From NCBI GenBank assembly GCA_023269615.1, contig JAHFSY010000020.1, forward strand, positions 3,873-67,872: a stretch of 64,000 bases of DNA, given 5' to 3'. Below are positions 28,569-37,712 of this stretch, piece by piece. The first letter of the stretch is position 1; each line of letters begins with the position of its first letter. The translations under genes were made by a program, and so were the position numbers. Under the pieces are notes generated by a model that made no database searches, was not told the DNA's origin, and saw only the letters and a program-made list of their open reading frames with translations. The stretch comes from Verrucomicrobiota bacterium (GTDB taxonomy: Bacteria > Verrucomicrobiota > Verrucomicrobiia > JABWAM01).

Positions 28569-29528
28569 TCATGTGCCGGGTGGAATGAGTTGTGTCTTTT
28601 CATCCTGCGTCACGTACACGGTTTGCGTGACCACGGTGCGCGAGGTGATGAGGCCGACGACGACGAGGATGGCGGCGCCGATCCATCCGACGACGGCGGT
28701 CTGGAGGGAGAGGGTGCTGAGGTGCGCGGTGGCTTCAGCAGCGGGGATTACCAGGCCGTAAACCACCCTGGCGTCACGGTTTGCGGTGGGTACCGCTGCG
28801 AATTGCACGTAGCACGCCCTGCCGTTCAGTGTGTAGGGAACCCAGGCGGAGGGGGCGTCTGAACTTTCCGCGCCCATCGTGTCGAATCGGAAATAGGTTT
28901 TCAAATCACGCTCCAGATCCGTTCGGGGAAGTGTTTCGGACGATGCGGCGAGGATTTTTCCATCGAGCGCGAGGAATGCCTCGCCTCCCGTGATTTCCTT
29001 GAGCGAGCCGAGCAGGGAAGGGGAGATGGCCTGGCCAACGACCACATAGATTTCCCCGATGGGGAATGCGCTCACTTGAAAAACCTTGTCGTCCTCGACA
29101 TGGACACCCGAATAGGGTTTGCCGGAATTGAGCGCGGCGAGGCAAGGATCCTTTGTCCAGTCGGCGGATTTGCCCTTGTTCTCGGGGTATTGTGCGGTGA
29201 CTTTCTGGCTGCTTTTGGTTCCGATCGCCACCAAATCCACGTCGAGCAATTTTTTCTTCTCCCCTGCCTGGTCCAGAGTTTCGGTATAATCGTTGCCCAT
29301 GACCAGCGTGATGAAGTTCGGCTCCTTCACGACCATTTGGGCCTGTCCCTTCGCGCGCGCCTGGCGCTCGTCCAGAAGCGCCTTGAAACTGTGATGCAGA
29401 TAAGAGCCTTCAAACTGGAGCAGCTTGACCGAGTAGCGCTGGATGACGCCATACTGGAGAGTGGCGATGATGGCGACGATCACGCCCGAACCAAACCAAG
29501 GTGATGCGAAGAATGCTTTCCAGTTCAT
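28569..29528 (-). CDS. two-TM membrane protein with extracytoplasmic Cache-like domain and no output domain
   Basis: N- and C-terminal TM helices flank about 250 aa with Cache-like strands (VFQVSAFPI...VVVGQAI...LKEITGGEAFL). Short cytoplasmic tail. Confidence 0.65.
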   Translation of the reverse strand: MNWKAFFASPWFGSGVIVAIIATLQYGVIQRYSVKLLQFEGSYLHHSFKALLDERQARAKGQAQMVVKEPNFITLVMGNDYTETLDQAGEKKKLLDVDLVAIGTKSSQKVTAQYPENKGKSADWTKDPCLAALNSGKPYSGVHVEDDKVFQVSAFPIGEIYVVVGQAISPSLLGSLKEITGGEAFLALDGKILAASSETLPRTDLERDLKTYFRFDTMGAESSDAPSAWVPYTLNGRACYVQFAAVPTANRDARVVYGLVIPAAEATAHLSTLSLQTAVVGWIGAAILVVVGLITSRTVVTQTVYVTQDEKTQLIPPGT

Positions 29529-29561
29529 TGGGCGTGTGTCATTTGGGATGTCGCTGCAGGA

Positions 29562-29661
29562 TGTAGCTGCGTTCGCAAGAACGCGGCCCCGGAGGCCAAA
29601 CTCTTGCGAGTTCGGCTACAAGAAAAACGGATGCGGCGCTTCACAGAAGCGCCCCTACATC
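29562..29661. repeat. GTAG REP doublet (family C) plus a single REP
   Basis: tgtagctgcgttcgcaagaacgcgg...ccaaactcttgcgagttcggctaca, then gcggcgcttcacagaagcgcccctac (related to the REP at 2721). Confidence 0.8.
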
Positions 29662-29684
29662 CCGAGCGTTGCGATGTGTTGTCA

Positions 29685-30656
29685 TTAGTAGCCACCTGCT
29701 CCGCCGTCGCTATCATACGAGGTGTTTTTGTAAGGCGTTCCATCCTTGCGGGGATGCTTCTTGTTGGCAAGCTCCGGGTCGTCGGTCAATGTCAGGCTCA
29801 TCTCGGGCGATTCCGCCTTCACCTCGACTTCCTGCTCAAAAAGTTTCGGGGCCCTTTCGTGCCAGCCTTTCATGATGTATTCCCCGGGCGCCACGTTCGG
29901 GATCTCGAACGCCCCCTCCGTGGTCGTGATTGCGTAATACGGGGTGTTCATCACGTAGATGTACGCCACCATGTCCTGGTGGATGTTGCAGAAAACCTCC
30001 ACGAGCCCGGGCTTGTCAAAGGTGTGAGTGGAGGACTTTGGCTTTTTGTAGAGCCCGAGGTCAAAGGGGTTGGTTTTGCTGACGGAGAAGACGTTGTGGA
30101 AAATGGCGTCGCTGTTGGGAAATTCCACGGTGCTGCCCACCGGCACAACCAGGAGCTTTGGAACGAAAGCCTTGTCCTTCTGCTCGAGCTTGAGGCCTTC
30201 GACTGGCTTTGGGGCAGCGAGGCCGGTTCGCGTGAGCCACACCAGGATGTTGCTGCGGCTGCGGCGGATGTCGCCCTCGCCGGCATTTTGCTCGATCACC
30301 ACCTTGCCCTTGAAGGCCACCCCGGCAACGGCGGGAGCGGCATTGGTCACGGAGGCCGGCGGTGCGTTGCTGGAGGCATCGGCGATTTCAGTCATTTTGA
30401 CTTTGACCGCGGCGATTTTTTCCTGCGCCTCGGCGTACTTTGCGTTGTCCTGCGGAACCTTCTGGTAGGCTTCCAGCGCTTCCCTCCATCGTTGCTGGGA
30501 AAATGTCGCTTCGCCAACCTGGAAGAACAGCAGCCCGACATCCGTGGGCGCGTTGGTTTGGGTGCGAACGGGCGCCTGTCCGCAAGATGTATGTACGAAA
30601 CAAGTTGCGCACAGAAATGGTATAACAAAGATGATGAATCGCTTGACGCCATTCAT
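29685..30656 (-). CDS. secreted protein with TPR, cupredoxin-like and carboxypeptidase-regulatory-like domains
   Basis: Signal peptide, FVPKLLVVPVGSTVEFPNSD..FHNVFS, VFCNIHQDM (H-C-H-M), FEIPNVAPGEY...WHER. Confidence 0.8.
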   Translation of the reverse strand: MNGVKRFIIFVIPFLCATCFVHTSCGQAPVRTQTNAPTDVGLLFFQVGEATFSQQRWREALEAYQKVPQDNAKYAEAQEKIAAVKVKMTEIADASSNAPPASVTNAAPAVAGVAFKGKVVIEQNAGEGDIRRSRSNILVWLTRTGLAAPKPVEGLKLEQKDKAFVPKLLVVPVGSTVEFPNSDAIFHNVFSVSKTNPFDLGLYKKPKSSTHTFDKPGLVEVFCNIHQDMVAYIYVMNTPYYAITTTEGAFEIPNVAPGEYIMKGWHERAPKLFEQEVEVKAESPEMSLTLTDDPELANKKHPRKDGTPYKNTSYDSDGGAGGY

Positions 30657-30730
30657 ATGGGCGCGTATGTGATCCCGTTTGCAACGCATGGCGCGAGCCT
30701 AGACCCCGCCCATGCCCTTTGCAAACAGAT

Positions 30731-32260
30731 ATGCTTTCACGATGTTATTCCGCAGCGGTGTATGGGCTCGACGCCTCGGTTGTCGAGGTCGAGGTGAACA
30801 CGGGGCAGGGGATTCCCCAGGTTGTCATCGTCGGCCTCCCCGACAAGGCCGTCACGGAATCGCGTGACCGCGTGAAGACCGCCCTCGAGAACAGCGGCTT
30901 CCGTCACGTCCGCACCCGGACCACGATCAATCTCGCGCCGGCGGACGTCAAGAAGGAGGGGCCTGTTTACGATTTGCCGATGGCGCTCGGCATTCTTGGC
31001 GCCACGGAACAGGCGGTGATGCCGCGGCTTTCCGAATTTCTCGTTGTGGGCGAACTTGCCTTGAACGGCAGCGTGCGTCCCACGCGCGGCGTGCTTTCGA
31101 TGGCGATGCTCGCGAAGGAGCGGGGCAAGGCGGGCGTTCTCGTGCCGCTGGCCAACGCCGCCGAGGCTGCCATGATCCAGGGGCTCGAAGTGTACGGCAT
31201 TTCCAATCTTCGCGAGTGCGCCGATTTTTTGTCGGGCCGTCATTCGATTCAGCCCTTTACGTGCAACATCGTGGAAATTTTTGCGAAACATGCCCGATAC
31301 GACGTGGACTTTGCGGACGTGAAAGGGCAGACCCACGCCAAGCGCGCCCTCGAAGTGGCGGTGGCGGGCGGTCACAATATTCTGCTCGTCGGTCCGCCGG
31401 GCAGCGGCAAAAGCATGCTGTCCAAGCGAATTCCCACCATCTCGCCTTCGATGACGCTCGACGAGGCGCTGGAAACGACGCGCATTCATAGTGTTGCGGG
31501 AAATCTTCTCCCCAGCCAGGCCATCGTCGCGGCGCGTCCCTTCCGGTCGCCGCATCACACGATTTCCGACGTGGCGCTCACGGGTGGAACGAGCGACCTG
31601 CGCCCTGGCGAGGTGAGCCTTTCGCATCATGGAGTGTTGTTTCTCGACGAGCTTCCCGAATTCAAGCGGGCCACGCTGGAGGCGATGAGGCAGCCGATGG
31701 AGGATGGCGTGGTGCACGTGGCTCGCGCGACGGGCTCGGTCACATTTCCATGCCGCTGCATGATGGTGGCCTCGATGAACCCGTGTCCGTGCGGGTATTA
31801 CGGCGATCCGAAACGCGAATGCCGGTGCGGCCCGGCGCAAATTCAGAAATATCGCGCGAAAATATCCGGCCCCCTCCTCGACCGCATTGACCTGCACGTG
31901 GAGGTTCCCGCGGTGCAGTACGCGGACATGGCGAGGAGGGAAACCGCCGAGCCTTCCGAAAAAATCCTGCAGCGCGTCCTGCTCGCGCGTGCCGTGCAGT
32001 ACCGGCGTTTCAAGAAGGAGGGGCGCATCAACGCGCACATGACGCCGAGGGGGATTCGAGCCCATTGCGTGCTGGATACGGAATGCGAGCACTTCCTGAA
32101 AACGGCGATGAGCGAAATGAATTTCAGCGCGAGGGCGTATGACCGCATCCTGAAAGTGTCGCGGACGATTGCCGACCTGGATGGGAAGCCCGAGATCGAG
32201 TCAAACCATCTCGGTGAAGCGCTGCAATATCGGGCGCTGGACCGAAGGCTGTGGACGTAG
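30731..32260 (+). CDS. comM: YifB/ComM Mg-chelatase-like AAA+ ATPase
   Basis: Motifs VGLPDKAV.ESRDRV, NLAPAD, GPPGSGKSM, RPFRSPHH, FLDELPEF, NPCPCG. Confidence 0.95.
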   Translation: MLSRCYSAAVYGLDASVVEVEVNTGQGIPQVVIVGLPDKAVTESRDRVKTALENSGFRHVRTRTTINLAPADVKKEGPVYDLPMALGILGATEQAVMPRLSEFLVVGELALNGSVRPTRGVLSMAMLAKERGKAGVLVPLANAAEAAMIQGLEVYGISNLRECADFLSGRHSIQPFTCNIVEIFAKHARYDVDFADVKGQTHAKRALEVAVAGGHNILLVGPPGSGKSMLSKRIPTISPSMTLDEALETTRIHSVAGNLLPSQAIVAARPFRSPHHTISDVALTGGTSDLRPGEVSLSHHGVLFLDELPEFKRATLEAMRQPMEDGVVHVARATGSVTFPCRCMMVASMNPCPCGYYGDPKRECRCGPAQIQKYRAKISGPLLDRIDLHVEVPAVQYADMARRETAEPSEKILQRVLLARAVQYRRFKKEGRINAHMTPRGIRAHCVLDTECEHFLKTAMSEMNFSARAYDRILKVSRTIADLDGKPEIESNHLGEALQYRALDRRLWT

Positions 32261-32278
32261 ATCCAGGCTGTTTGTTTT

Positions 32279-32348
32279 GTAGGAGCCGCTGTTAGCGGCG
32301 ACCGGACGTGATGGATCGCGGAGATCGCCGCTGACGGCGGTTCCTACA
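32279..32348. repeat. GTAG REP doublet, family A
   Basis: gtaggagccgctgttagcggcga...tcgccgctgacggcggttcctac. Confidence 0.88.
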
Positions 32349-32399
32349 TTTTAAAACAAGAGGTTGCCTCGGAAAGCGGCGCCTCGTATAGAACCGTGC

Positions 32400-33485
32400 G
32401 TGAATATTCCCCTTTCCCGTGTTTACATTGACGATGCCATCAAGCAGCGGATTCTCGCCGCGGTGGATTCCCAGAATTACATCCTCGGCAAGGAGTGCGA
32501 TGCCTTCGAGAAGGAGCTTGCCGCGCACACGGGCGTGAAGCATTGCGTGCTTTCCAGCTCATGGACCGCCGCCGTCCACCTTCTCCTGCTTGCGCTCAAG
32601 ATCAAGCCCGGCGACGAGATCCTTGTTCCTTCGCACACGGCATTTCCCAGCATTGAGCCGATCATTCATGTGGGTGCAAAGCCGATCTTCATGGATGTGG
32701 ATGAGAGCTACACGATGGACGTGAACCAGATCGAGGCGCACCTCACGCCGCGCACGGTGGGCATCATGCCCGTGCACCTGTACGGCCATCCCGCCGACAT
32801 TGTCCGCGTGAAGGCCATCGCCCAGAAGCGCGGGTTGTTCTGGATCGAGGATTGCGCGCAGGCGCATGGCGCGACGTGGAATGGCGGCAAGGTCGGGAGC
32901 CACGGAACTTTCGGCGCATTCTCATTTTTCCCCTCGAAAAACCTCACGGTGTTCGGCGACGGGGGCTGCATCACGACGAACGATCCGGCGATCGCGGACC
33001 GCATCCGCATGCTGCGCAACCACGGGCGGAAGGACAAATACATCCACGAACTGGTTGGCTTCAATCTGCGCTTCAACGAAATCCAGGCGGCTGTGGGGCG
33101 CGAGCAGTTGAAGCATCTGGACGATTTCAACGCGAAGCGGCGCCAGGCCGTTGCATGGTACCGCGAACGTTTGCGTGATTTTCATCCTGTGAAACTTCCC
33201 ATCGTGCGGGAGGGGTGCGAGCCGGTGTATCACATGTTCGTGGTGCAGGTGGAAAATCGCGAAGGATTGGCGAAACATCTCAAGGAAAAGGGGATCGGGA
33301 CCGGCGTTCATTATCCCGTGCCGAACCACAAACAGCCCGCGATCACCGCGTTGTACAGCGACATCCCCAAGCTGCCAGTGACCGAGAGAATCGTGGACCG
33401 CATCCTGTCATTGCCCATCTTCCCCGCGTTGAAGGAGGAGGAAGTGGATCGCGTGTGCCAGGAGATCAAATCGTTTTACTCTTGA
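32400..33485 (+). CDS. DegT/DnrJ/EryC1/StrS sugar aminotransferase
   Basis: Motifs PVHLYG, IEDCAQAHGA, FSFFPSKNL, GFNLR. Confidence 0.95.
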   Translation: MNIPLSRVYIDDAIKQRILAAVDSQNYILGKECDAFEKELAAHTGVKHCVLSSSWTAAVHLLLLALKIKPGDEILVPSHTAFPSIEPIIHVGAKPIFMDVDESYTMDVNQIEAHLTPRTVGIMPVHLYGHPADIVRVKAIAQKRGLFWIEDCAQAHGATWNGGKVGSHGTFGAFSFFPSKNLTVFGDGGCITTNDPAIADRIRMLRNHGRKDKYIHELVGFNLRFNEIQAAVGREQLKHLDDFNAKRRQAVAWYRERLRDFHPVKLPIVREGCEPVYHMFVVQVENREGLAKHLKEKGIGTGVHYPVPNHKQPAITALYSDIPKLPVTERIVDRILSLPIFPALKEEEVDRVCQEIKSFYS

Positions 33486-33493
33486 TTTCCGGA

Positions 33494-33519
33494 TGTAGCC
33501 GCGTTTGCCAGAACGCGGA
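33494..33519 (+). repeat. single GTAG REP (family C), left arm
   Basis: tgtagccgcgtttgccagaacgcgga. Its inverted partner is at 36543-36568. Confidence 0.85.
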
Positions 33520-33560
33520 CTCCGACTTTCACCATCTGAAATCGAATTGGATTATGCGGC

Positions 33561-35153
33561 CTATGGAATGCGTTTGATCTTCAAATCAAAGATTTTGCTT
33601 TCATGCAGCTTGATTTCGATGGGCGTTACGGAGTCTTGAAATTTATTGAAGCGCGTGTGGAGGACATACTTTCCACCCTTTGCCAGCAGGAATTTGACCT
33701 GGCCGTTTTCATCGGGTCGTAACCCGCCGCCCACATCCGCAGGTCCGCCATCCAGGTAGCGTCCGGGTTGTTTCGGTTTTCCGTCCTTGGTTGATTCCTC
33801 GTCCAGAATGACACAGTTCACCCGAGGCTGATGCATCAAGTGTTCGAGCTTCGGAAATCCAATCGACTTTCCTTCGACGCCCGTGATCTGGACGGTGACC
33901 CACGTATCCTTTTCGACAGCTTTGGATTCGAGGGTTTGTTCCTTGTCGATGAGAAGCTGATTTTCCGCCTGAACATCATAGCGCTGGGAGTAAAGGTTCA
34001 ACTGGTAGCGCCCGGCCTGGGGCAGGACAAAATCGTAGGCATCCTTCCCGTCGAATTCCCCGGTCTGGCAAAAATTGTTTTCATCGGTGAGGCACGCCGA
34101 GACATCATATGATTTGCTGATGGTGATCCCGGTGATTTTCAGGTGGAACTTGACGGCGGAGGGCTTGTCTGCGAAGGGCTCCAACTTGAAGTCTTGCTGC
34201 TGGAGAGGCTCACTCACCTTGACGGTGGCGGACTGCTCCCGGTATTTTTTCTGGAACGCGTAGCACCCGATCTTCAACTCATAAGCGCCCGGCTTGTCAA
34301 AAAAAAGAGCGTACCGGGATTGTCCCATCCCGTTGAAATAAATTTCCAAGCCATTGACGGCAATATTCTCGGTGACGGGTTTGCCATCCGAGGCGTTCAG
34401 AAAAGCCCCATAGACACAGTAGGGCTTCGGTTTTGCAACAAGTTTGATCTCCAGATCATTTTCTGCCACGACAAAAGTCAGTGTGGGTAGTGCCAAATCC
34501 TGGGAGCCTGTCAGCTCGATGCGGTACGCCCGGTTTTTTTGGACATAGACATGAAATTGTCCTGTTTCGTCAGCCCGCAACTGATTCACAACCAGCCCTT
34601 CGCCCGGAGTCGTTCCCGTGGACTCGTATACTCTGATCTGACCGCTCCAGAAGTTTTTGTTTTTATCGAGATAATCCCGAACTTCAGCGGGAAAAAGCTC
34701 CTTAAAACTGGTGACCCGCTTTCCACTCTCGTCCGCGAAGCTTCCCATGACGAGCACCGGGCCCAGGTCTACTTCCACCCTTTGCGGGCCTTGTTTCTCC
34801 AGTGCATCAACTGACAGCTTCACGCTTTTCTCCTCCACCCAAAGTGATGCAACGACTCGATCCTTGTATTTCTTAAGCTGTGCGTCATGGGAGTGGAAAA
34901 AATCTGTGAGATCAATGACGCCCCGAGCGTCGGAATTCAAGTTGACACGCGTGATGGTTGAGCCATCTACCACCAGCGACACGGCGACAACACATTGGCT
35001 GATGGGAGTCTGGCGATTTTTCTCGATCAATTGAAGTTGATACGGCCGCTTGTCCGAACCCGGTTGCGGCGCGACCGTGGTTTGTCCAGACAGCATCACA
35101 ACCATGCAACACAGCAACGCCAGTGCCAAAAGAGTTCGTGAAAAACGGAGCAT
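33561..35153 (-). CDS. hypothetical secreted beta-rich protein (530 aa)
   Basis: N-terminal signal peptide and repeated 'D..G.F...V....Y.I' beta-sandwich-like segments. AT-richer than its neighbours. Confidence 0.75.
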   Translation of the reverse strand: MLRFSRTLLALALLCCMVVMLSGQTTVAPQPGSDKRPYQLQLIEKNRQTPISQCVVAVSLVVDGSTITRVNLNSDARGVIDLTDFFHSHDAQLKKYKDRVVASLWVEEKSVKLSVDALEKQGPQRVEVDLGPVLVMGSFADESGKRVTSFKELFPAEVRDYLDKNKNFWSGQIRVYESTGTTPGEGLVVNQLRADETGQFHVYVQKNRAYRIELTGSQDLALPTLTFVVAENDLEIKLVAKPKPYCVYGAFLNASDGKPVTENIAVNGLEIYFNGMGQSRYALFFDKPGAYELKIGCYAFQKKYREQSATVKVSEPLQQQDFKLEPFADKPSAVKFHLKITGITISKSYDVSACLTDENNFCQTGEFDGKDAYDFVLPQAGRYQLNLYSQRYDVQAENQLLIDKEQTLESKAVEKDTWVTVQITGVEGKSIGFPKLEHLMHQPRVNCVILDEESTKDGKPKQPGRYLDGGPADVGGGLRPDENGQVKFLLAKGGKYVLHTRFNKFQDSVTPIEIKLHESKIFDLKIKRIP

Positions 35154-35285
35154 GGGATGACTATCGTTCTGTCGTGCATGGAAATCAAGCAGTCGGGCGC
35201 TTCACATTGTCGAAGCGGGATTGGGCATTAAGAAGCCGATAACGCGCGATTGATCCGGCCCGCTAATAGGACTATCTTGCATCGC

Positions 35286-35462
35286 ATGGATCCAAGCCTG
35301 AAACAACGCGAAGAGGAGAAGCGCGAACGCGCCAGCGATCCCGTGAAACGCTGGAAGCAGATTCAAAGCGCCATCACCTGGGCGGAGGCTAACATGAAAC
35401 CCGAATTTCGTCGGAATGTTCCGTGCGGTTTTGCAGGTGTGAGCCGGCGCTTGGAAAAGTGA
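35286..35462 (+). CDS. small hypothetical protein (58 aa)
   Basis: MDPSLKQREEEKRERASDPVKRWKQIQSAITWAEAN..., charged and helical. Confidence 0.55.
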   Translation: MDPSLKQREEEKRERASDPVKRWKQIQSAITWAEANMKPEFRRNVPCGFAGVSRRLEK

Positions 35463-35547
35463 TGCCACATTCCGTTGGGACGCTCGCCAATCCGCCATTG
35501 ACAACCCGGGGTGGCTCTACAATTGTACGGCTCCATTTCCTCCTTTT

Positions 35548-36369
35548 ATGAGACCTTCCAAAGTTCTTGCCAAAATCCGTTCCGGACAAGTTGCCCGCAT
35601 TGCCTGCATGGGGCATTTCCTGCCTTTCTTTGTCAAACTTGCGGCGCAGAATAACTACGATGGGATCTGGGTGGACGCCGAGCACCGGACTTGGGATCCC
35701 CGTGAAACCCAGGCGCTCATCACGTTTCATCATCTTTTTAACATTGATTGCATGTGGCGCGCTTCCACTCTTGAGAAAACAAGTCTTTACCGGCTGCTCG
35801 AAGATGGCGCGGCGGGGTTGATCATTCCGCATGTCTCAACTCCCGCCAAGGCGCAGCAGCTGGTCGAGGCGATGAAGTTTCCGCCGCTCGGCGATCGTGG
35901 GCTTGACGGCGCGGGGCTCGATGCCGATTTCATGGCGGCGCCCAATCCCACATACCGCGAGGACGCCAATCGTGAAACATGTCTTGTGGTGCAGATCGAA
36001 ACCTTGCAGGCCGTCGAGAATGCGGTGGCCATTGCGGCGGTGCCGGGCGTGGACGTGCTGATGCTTGGACCGGCCGATCTCTCGATCCGCCTTGGCTGCA
36101 AGAAATCGCCGATCGAAGACCCGCTCTTTCTGGCCGCGCAAAAGCGTGTGGCGGATGCGGCGAAACGTCATGGCAAGGCGTGGGGACGCCCGTGCTTCAG
36201 TCCCGAAGACGCAAAGAATTTGGTGGCGGCTGGCGGGCAGTTTGTGATTTTCGGAAGTGATTTCGGCGGAGTGTACACACACCTGCGCGATTCGTCTGTT
36301 CATCTGGATGCAGCCATCGCGGGCAAGTCTGCCGCGTCGGGTGGTGGCGGTGCAGCTCCGATCCCCTGA
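35548..36369 (+). CDS. HpcH/HpaI-family class II aldolase
   Basis: Motifs WVDAEH, FPPLGDRG, VQIET..AVEN, GPADLS. Confidence 0.92.
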   Translation: MRPSKVLAKIRSGQVARIACMGHFLPFFVKLAAQNNYDGIWVDAEHRTWDPRETQALITFHHLFNIDCMWRASTLEKTSLYRLLEDGAAGLIIPHVSTPAKAQQLVEAMKFPPLGDRGLDGAGLDADFMAAPNPTYREDANRETCLVVQIETLQAVENAVAIAAVPGVDVLMLGPADLSIRLGCKKSPIEDPLFLAAQKRVADAAKRHGKAWGRPCFSPEDAKNLVAAGGQFVIFGSDFGGVYTHLRDSSVHLDAAIAGKSAASGGGGAAPIP

Positions 36370-36373
36370 GCAG

Positions 36374-36524
36374 ATTTTTGACAGGATTTACAGGATTTAC
36401 GGGATTAAGAAAAACGACATGCCTTCCGCACCAGATGTCGGAACGCCCGCGTTCCGACATCTGGTGCGCAAGACGGGGTTCAGGGTCTGAAATCCTGCAA
36501 AATCCTGTCAATCCTGTCAAAAAT
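36374..36524. repeat. nested element: inverted 9-10-bp-period arms around a perfect hairpin
   Basis: gacaggatttacaggatttacgggatt ... aatcctgcaaaatcctgtcaatcctgtc. Inner hairpin cgcaccagatgtcggaacgc / gcgttccgacatctggtgcg (36427-36468). Confidence 0.85.
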
Positions 36525-36542
36525 CCGATGGGTTAAAGGGAA

Positions 36543-36568
36543 TCCGCGTTCTGGCGAACGCGGCTACA
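36543..36568 (-). repeat. single GTAG REP (family C), right arm
   Basis: tccgcgttctggcgaacgcggctaca is the reverse complement of 33494-33519 with one mismatch. Confidence 0.85.
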
Positions 36569-36610
36569 GGATTGCCAAGACATTGATCGAAGGGCTACAA
36601 CAGCCCTTCC

Positions 36611-37333
36611 ATGCCGCATCTTTCACTCGTCATTCCCGTTTACAACGAAGAGGACAACCTGGAGCGGTTGCACTCGGAAATCTCCGAGGCGATGAAGGGC
36701 GTTTCGGAGGATTACGAGGTGATGGTGACCGATGATGCGAGCACCGACCGGAGCTGGGAGATTCTTGGGACGATCATCGCGCGTGACCCGCGCTGGAGGG
36801 CGCAGCGTTTCGTGGAGAATTGCGGGGAGACGGCGGCTTCGGCGGCTGGGATGAAGGCGGCAAGAGGAAAGATCATCTTTACCCTCGATGCTGATTTGCA
36901 GAACGACCCGCGCGACATCCCGAAGTTTCTCGAGGCGTTGAAGGATGCCGATTGCGTTTGCGGCTCGAGGGTGCACGAGCGGGCGGACAACTGGGTGCGG
37001 CGCATGTCATCGCGCATCGCCAACGGGGTGCGCAATCAATTGAGCGATGAAAACATCACGGACGCCGGCTGCACCTACCGGGCGTTCAAGAAGGAATGCC
37101 TGGCCGAGGTGAAATTTTTTCGGGGTGCGCACCGGTTCCTGCCCACGCTGTTTCGGATGGACGGGTTCAAGGTGGTGGAGGTGCCGATCACGCCGCGCGA
37201 GCGTTTCGCGGGGGAGTCGAAATACGGCGTATGGAACCGTCTTTTCAAATCCTTCACCGACCTGCTTGCCGTGCGCTGGATGAAGAGCCGCCAGTTGCGG
37301 TATCGTGTGGGCGAGCGAAAAGGTGACGGATGA
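36611..37333 (+). CDS. GT2 polyprenol-phosphate glycosyltransferase (ArnC/Dpm1-like)
   Basis: Motifs VIPVYNEE, DDASTD, LDADLQNDP, HRFLP, GESKYG. Confidence 0.92.
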   Translation: MPHLSLVIPVYNEEDNLERLHSEISEAMKGVSEDYEVMVTDDASTDRSWEILGTIIARDPRWRAQRFVENCGETAASAAGMKAARGKIIFTLDADLQNDPRDIPKFLEALKDADCVCGSRVHERADNWVRRMSSRIANGVRNQLSDENITDAGCTYRAFKKECLAEVKFFRGAHRFLPTLFRMDGFKVVEVPITPRERFAGESKYGVWNRLFKSFTDLLAVRWMKSRQLRYRVGERKGDG

Positions 37334-37361
37334 AAACAACCAACAAAATCAAGAGCGTATC

Positions 37362-37712
37362 ATGAATGATCCAGGATTTCTGCAGCCGTTTCTGGGTGCC
37401 CGTCTGCCGTGGCTTTACCATGAGTCAGGCTACTGGACTATTTTCGGTGTCTTCGGCAATGCGCTTTTCAGCTCCCGATTCCTCCTACAGTGGCTCCAGT
37501 CCGAGCGTCACAAGCGCCTGATTGTGCCGCCGATCTTCTGGCATTTGAGCTTTTGGGGAAGCGTGGTGTGTCTCGTTTATGCACTTCACATCGACAAACT
37601 GCCGGTCATCCTTGGTTATGTCTTCCTGCCTTTTCTCTACGCGCGCAACCTGAGATTGCTCCGGCGCAGCAATGACCACACCGTGACCGGCCACGATGAA
37701 AATAAAAAATGA
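37362..37712 (+). CDS. lipid-A-disaccharide synthase N-terminal (LAB_N) domain membrane protein
   Basis: GNALFSSRFLLQWLQSE...VPPIFWHLSFWGS...YARNL. Confidence 0.85.
   Translation: MNDPGFLQPFLGARLPWLYHESGYWTIFGVFGNALFSSRFLLQWLQSERHKRLIVPPIFWHLSFWGSVVCLVYALHIDKLPVILGYVFLPFLYARNLRLLRRSNDHTVTGHDENKK

Noticed and set aside
28524..28571. Stop-codon readthrough fusing the Cache-like gene to the kinase
   Set aside because: The two ORFs are in different frames (47-nt offset), no slippery site is evident, and the kinase has its own ATG and TM helix.
35498..35523. Sigma70 promoter TTGACA...TACAAT before the aldolase
   Set aside because: The spacer is only 14 nt, too short to call with confidence.
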